From NCBI RefSeq assembly GCF_001194135.2, contig NC_068993.1, forward strand, positions 20,755,734 through 20,814,388: a stretch of DNA of 58,655 nucleotides. The letters run 5' to 3'. Each line of letters opens with the position of its first letter. Position 1 is the first letter of the stretch. The notes below the pieces were generated by a model. That model did no database searches and was not told the origin of the DNA. It was given only the letters and a program-made list of their open reading frames with translations. The stretch comes from Octopus bimaculoides. Taxonomy: Eukaryota. A program made the position numbers and the translations under genes. Shown piece by piece: positions 53,103 to 58,655 of this stretch.

Positions 53103-53445
53103 TGTGTGTGTCTGTGTTTGTCCCCCCCAACATCGCTTGACAACCGATGCTGGTGTGTTTACGTCCACGTAACTTAGCGGTTCGGCAAAAGAGACCGATA
53201 GAATAAGTACTAGGCACCCAATGAATAAGTCCTGGGGTCGATTTGCTCGGCTAAAGGCGGTGCTCCAGCATGGCCACAGTCAAATGACTGAAACAAGTAA
53301 ATGAGTAAAGGAGTACCAGAGTTTAAAAAAAAAAAACTATAAGCACTGCAACCGATTCATGTGACAAATAATTCCTCAAGGCAGTGCCCCAGCATGGTCA
53401 CAGTCTAATTAATGACTTAAGTAAAGGATAATAGATAAAAGATAC
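52270..53445 (+). mobile_element. Nested SINE stack: old family A copy interrupted by a family B copy (52437-52596, minus) and a young family A copy (52906-53313)
   Basis: 9-bp direct repeat CCCGTCGTA at 52428-52436 and 52597-52605; the host 3' module resumes after 53313 (AGTACCAG...CCCCAGCATGGTCACAGTC). Confidence 0.85.
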
Positions 53446-53882
53446 GTACTGTCACATTATAACAAATGTTTCTCTTGCTAATAATGCAGCCTGTAAGTTA
53501 AAACTTTAGGTAATCTAAAATTAATGTGAGCGTTTTGAAAAATGTGATATTCATGATTTTTGCATATTAAACAACCATCTTCTCATAAAACATGTGTGAG
53601 ATCACGCTAACAACTGATACTAAATATATAATGTTAATTTCCTGTGTGTAAGGAGGGAGAAAAGCTGGAAGATAAATAGTTCTTCTCTTCCTCCTCCTCC
53701 TCTCCTAACCTAGGAAATTAACCTTGTATTGTCTTTCTTGATCTAACGTTCCTCCCTAGCAAATCGCTGGTGTCTTGAAGAGCCTCCCTTTTAAATATAC
53801 ACTATCTGTCATGCATCTCGCATCTCTATGTCGCAAATTCCCATTCTTCTTCAGATCTCTCTGCATCTCATTCTTGCCTTTC

Positions 53883-53913
<31 letters not shown>

Positions 53914-54054
53914 TTATTTCTTTCTTCCTTTCTCTCCTTCTTTCCTCTCTCCGTTCTCTCTCTACCTCTCATTCTCTTCCTTCTTACTTTCCGTCAGTTT
54001 TGTAACTATTCATCATTTCTGCTTTTCACAATCCTAATTAAATATATGCATACA

Positions 54055-54086
<32 letters not shown>

Positions 54087-54166
54087 NNNNNNNNNNTCAA
54101 GTAGTTAGCGTGAAGAAATCTCATAAGGGAAAAATCCATCATTTATTCCCTATAAATATATTTATT

Positions 54167-54378
54167 TATATAAAGGCATTACTATACATAAATGCCTTAC
54201 ACTAAGAGGGACTCTAAAGTCAAACTACCATAATAAACACATTTTTACCGAACGCGAGGGAATGCAACTCTCAAAGTGAACCCCCTAAAAACCGCGTTCG
54301 GTAAAATGTGTTTATTATGGTAGTTTGACTCTTTTAGAGTCCCTCTTAGCGTGAGGCATTTTTGTATAATAATGCCCT

Positions 54379-54384
<6 letters not shown>
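54167..54384. mobile_element. Fold-back / MITE-like inverted repeat
   Basis: Arms 54167-54256 and 54293-54384 are reverse complements with few mismatches or indels (e.g. GTCAAACTACCATAATAAACACATTTT / AAAATGTGTTTATTATGGTAGTTTGAC); 36-nt spacer; TA at both ends. Confidence 0.8.
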
Positions 54385-54409
<25 letters not shown>

Positions 54410-54421
54410 ATGTGTGTGTGT

Positions 54422-54515
<94 letters not shown>

Positions 54516-54949
54516 TGGACACATTTCTGAATAAGAAACAGAGAATTGTTGAGCGTAAAAGAAATCATGAATGAATTTGAAGTGCAACACATTTCTGTAC
54601 CTTAAAGTTAAAACAGGATCTAATCGCAAATACATTGACTGTTATTAAAAGTTTGCTTTCTCTTCGATTGGCAGTGGGAAGAGCCTTCACGATTATACTT
54701 CGTATGTGTAAACAAAATCAATCAAGCGAATCAATAATTTCTTGCAAGTTAAGTTGACATTTCATTATTAAACAGCCCAACCTTTACGAAAATATATTCC
54801 GAAGTATGTTAGATTGTGAAAACAATAAACAAAACAGAAATACTTCTTTCGAAATATTTGAAATTGTTGTACAAAAAAATTTTCAGAGCTTTTTATTTAG
54901 CCTGCTTGTAGAAAGCTTGACAATGGTATGGAATCACTACAACAAGGAA

Positions 54950-55420
54950 TGAGTGTAATACTTCTTTCTTTCAAGTCATACAACTTGTAGATGTCTTTTG
55001 GAACTGCCTACCGACAAAGAAGAAAATACAGGCTGTGATAAGCATCATTAAACCTTTGCTTCGTAAGAAGATGAATCGGAATGTGAAGCTACTGGCATTT
55101 ATTTGTTTTATTCATGGAGATGAAATCGTAAATCGGTGATTTTTACCCTTTTGCTGCGAAGAAATGTTAGGCATTTTTCATATTCTAAATAATTACTATG
55201 AAAAATATGAATTATTACGGAAGCCATGAGTTGGTATTTGTACTGATGGAGATGCCACCAAAGAGAATAGGGATGTCATTATAACTCATTACTTTCTACA
55301 TAGTGAAGTCTTTCTTGACTGAAGAAAACAGTGGGAGTTAAAGTGAAACAACTGTTCGATTAAGTAATCGAAATTCTATGCTGTATGGAAAGGAAACTTT
55401 TAAAGACATTTTTGAGAGCA
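54950..55420 (+). mobile_element. hAT/Charlie (ZBED5/SCAND3-like) transposase fossil
   Basis: LLAFICFIHGDEIVNR* / GIFHILNNYYEKYELLRKP*VGICTDG...NRDVIITHYFLHSE carries the CTDG and CxxH-derived (THxFLHxE) hAT motifs; multiple stops and deletions. Confidence 0.8.
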
Positions 55421-55641
55421 TTCGCGTGAACAGGAATACGTAGCAGATGATTACATTTCAAACACCATCTACAAGGAAAGTTGTATGCATTAACTCCAGT
55501 GAGCATGTTGGTTGTATACACTTCTGTGTACACGTTTCGATAGAATATTGAATCTTTGCTTAAAATATTTGACAGGCATATTTACGTACCGAAGTAGCCA
55601 TAACAGAAGCACACAAGATTAAAATGAAATATACGCGTATA

Positions 55642-56037
55642 TTCTTTGACTTGTTTCAGCCATTTGACTGCGGCCATGCTGGAGCACCGCCTTTAGTCGA
55701 ATCAAATCGACCTCAGGACTTATTCTTTGTAAGCCTAGTACTTATTCTATCGGTCTCTTTTTGCCGAACCGCTAAGTTACGGGGGCGTAAACACACCAGC
55801 ATCGGTTGTCAAACGATGGTGGGAGGACAAACAGACACACAAACACACACACACATATATACATACATATATACGATGGGCTTCTTTCAGTTTCCGTCTA
55901 CCAAATCCACTCACAAGGCTTTGGTCGGCCCGAGGCTATAGTAGAAGACACTTGCCCAAGGTGCCACGCAGTGGGACTGAACCCAGAACCATGTGGCTGG
56001 TAGGCAAGCTACTTACCACACAGCCACTCCTGCGCCT
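55642..56037 (-). mobile_element. SINE family A, young full-length copy
   Basis: Near-exact reverse complement of the 39414 and 52906 copies. Confidence 0.93.
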
Positions 56038-56611
56038 ATAAATAACTTTAAAAGAAATATTCATTTAGAAAAGAAAACCTAAAGATGGCAATTTTGAAGT
56101 TATTTCCTTTAGTTAGTAAAACTTATATAAAAGAAATAATTCCTATCATAGCTGAACATTTGACTATTCTAGAAATTAAAGCTTTATTTACCAAAAATAT
56201 GACAAATTTGGAAACTTTTTCCTGAAAATTCCAAATGTGTAAATCATATATATGCTAAATGCAACTGGTCCAATACTTGTTAAATATGAAATAAAGTATA
56301 AGAACTCAGAAAAATCGCATGAAGGGAGAAGATAGAGGGGGAAATATCTACTTTGGTGTACGATTGGTTATGTTTTGGGAAACTAGACACGTGACATGCA
56401 CGGTCAACAGGTCTCGCAAAAGAGACATTCGTGATGTCAAAATCCTACCCTGCAAACATAACACACATGTATGTATGTGTGTGTGTGTGCGTGTGTGTGC
56501 GTGTGTGCGTGCGTGCGTGTATGTGTGTGTATGTGTGTGTGTTTGTGTGGGTGTGTGTGTTTGTGTGGGTGTGTATATGTGTGTTAGGAGGGGTTGCACC
56601 TGTGCACACTT

Positions 56612-56813
56612 ACATTCTTTCTTTTATTCTTTTATTTGTTTTCGTCATATAAGTGCGGTCATGCTGGAACACCACATTTTTAGTCGAAGAAATCGACCCC
56701 TGGACTTATTCTTTGTAAGCCTAGTACTTATTCTATCGGTCACATTTGCCGAACCGCTAGTTTACGAGGATGCAAACACGCCACCATCGGTTGTCAAGCG
56801 ATGGTGAGGACAC

Positions 56814-56869
<56 letters not shown>

Positions 56870-57013
56870 CGTACTTCTTTCAGTTTCCGTCTACCAAATC
56901 CACTCACAAGGCTTTAGCCGGCCCGAGGCTATAGTAGAAGAAACTTGCCCAAGGTGCCACGCAATGGGACTGAACCCGGGACAATGCGGTTGGTAAGCAA
57001 GCTACTTACCACA
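56612..57013 (-). mobile_element. SINE family A
   Basis: Reverse-complement copy with an (AC)n linker at about 56811-56868. Confidence 0.9.
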
Positions 57014-57842
57014 CATGCACACGCATATATATGCGTATGCGTGTGTATTATACATACATATATGTTCACATATACATTATGAAGTATTGTACTTTTGATG
57101 TAAAACGTATTGAAAGTATCAGGATTGAAAGAAAACGGGTTAACCCTTCTTTGAGATAACTCCATGCACAAATCAAATATTTTCTCGTAAATAAAAATAA
57201 TATAACTGTATATAACATGGATGGATCTTATTCGTTATGAGTCTCCTGGACCAATTCTCACATGGTGCTATCCAACAACAGAGCAGCAACTAACATATGC
57301 ATACGTATAAACACAACCTCAGATACAGCGTGCACACACACGCACACACGCACGGGCGCGCTCACACACACATACACACACACACACATGCCCACCGCGC
57401 GTACGTACAAATGTGCACACACACTATCGCTCATACTCGCACACACCGGTATACAAATTCCTGGATCCCATGCTCGCGCGCACACACAGAGACACATGCA
57501 CACATATACACGCATATATATATATATATATATATATATNNNNNNNNNNNNNNNNNNNNNNNNNNNNNNNNNNNNNNNNNNNNNNNNNNNNNNNNNNNNN
57601 NNNNNNNNNNNNNNNNNNNNNNNNNNNNNNNNNNNNNNNNNNNNNNNNNNNNNNNNNNNNNNNNNNNNNNNNNNNNNNNNNNNNNNNNNNNNNNNNNNNN
57701 NNNNNNNNNNNNNNNNNNNNNNNNNNNNNNNNNNNNNNNNNNNNNNNNNNNNNNNNNNNNNNNNNNNNNNNNNNNNNNNNNNNNNNNNNNNNNNNNNNNN
57801 NNNNNNNNNNNNNNNNNNNNNNNNNNNNNNNNNNNNNNNNNN

Positions 57843-57899
<57 letters not shown>

Positions 57900-58487
57900 T
57901 ACACACACATACACATACACGAGCCAATGACATGAACAGACGCGAGGATAAGTGTCGTGTTTATGACAAATACATTCGGCCGTTCCAGGTGGGATTTTCT
58001 CGAGTGCTACGGTGGGGGGTTTTCACGTTACGTTGCACATAAAAAAATACAAGCCTGATTACTTATCACATTACCATAAACTCCTGCTGGTGCTGACTTG
58101 TTGGTAGGAGTGAAAGGGAGAGGGATGAGATTCCTTTTATATAGATATACACGAGATATACACGTCTGTTCATACATACGTTTACGCGTACACGTTTATA
58201 CGTCAACGGACAAAAATATACATATACTTATATACGTATACACACACATATATATGCACAGATATACAAAACACACGGACATATAAAGGAAAGTGTATCC
58301 ATGTACGTACGTATGTATGTCTAACATATAAGATCAATTTCTCTCATCCTCTTTGTATATGTATGTAAGTGTGTGTGTATGTGCGTACGTGCGTGGAGTA
58401 TAGGTATGTATATACAATATTGTACACACACACACAAACACACATGTTCACATATATGCATGCCTGCATACAAATATAAATATATGT

Positions 58488-58612
58488 TGATACGGTTCCG
58501 GGTTCAGTCCCACTGCGTGGCACCCTGGGCGAGTGTCTTCTGCTATAGCCTCGGGCCCACCAAGGCCTTGTAAGTTGATTTAGTAGGCGAAAACTGAAAG
58601 AAGCCCGTCGTG

Positions 58613-58625
<13 letters not shown>
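58488..58625 (+). mobile_element. SINE family A, 5' module running into (TA)n at the window end
   Basis: GGTTCAGTCCCACTGCGTGGCACCCTGGGCGAGTGTCTTC...GAAAGAAGCCCGTCG. Confidence 0.9.

Positions 58626-58655
<30 letters not shown>

Noticed and set aside
965-58573. Long ORF-track entries rich in X, YI, CV, HT, poly-S, poly-L, poly-E or poly-N
   Set aside because: Produced by N-gaps and microsatellites, which lack stop codons; not genes.
1-58655. CRISPR array, operon or prokaryotic defence system
   Set aside because: No constant-length repeat-spacer array and no gene-dense region; recurring 30-40 nt matches are dispersed SINE modules.

Overview
Eukaryotic, AT-rich, repeat-dominated intronic/intergenic DNA. 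The SINE families, the dense (TA)n/(CA)n/(TATG)n microsatellites and 14 N-gaps (about 4.5 kb) look like an octopus (coleoid cephalopod) draft scaffold; the taxon is inferred from repeat content and was not checked by search. No intact protein-coding gene is recognisable, and nearly all ORF-track entries are microsatellite or gap artefacts. Supported content: at least five tRNA-headed SINE types (about 30 copies, several with target-site duplications and nested insertions), degenerate LINE fragments (L1/Tx1-like, HERO-like, R4/Dong-like), two mariner fossils, hAT/Charlie fossils, a Penelope-like terminus carrying a variant minimal hammerhead motif, a 218-bp fold-back element, and a CTCF/CCAAT-box cluster. 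A few low-confidence splice-site-bounded exon candidates are listed. I did not find a clearly new multi-gene system. The best leads are RNA-level (hammerhead variant, long hairpins, inverted SINE pairs, SINE module swapping) and regulatory.
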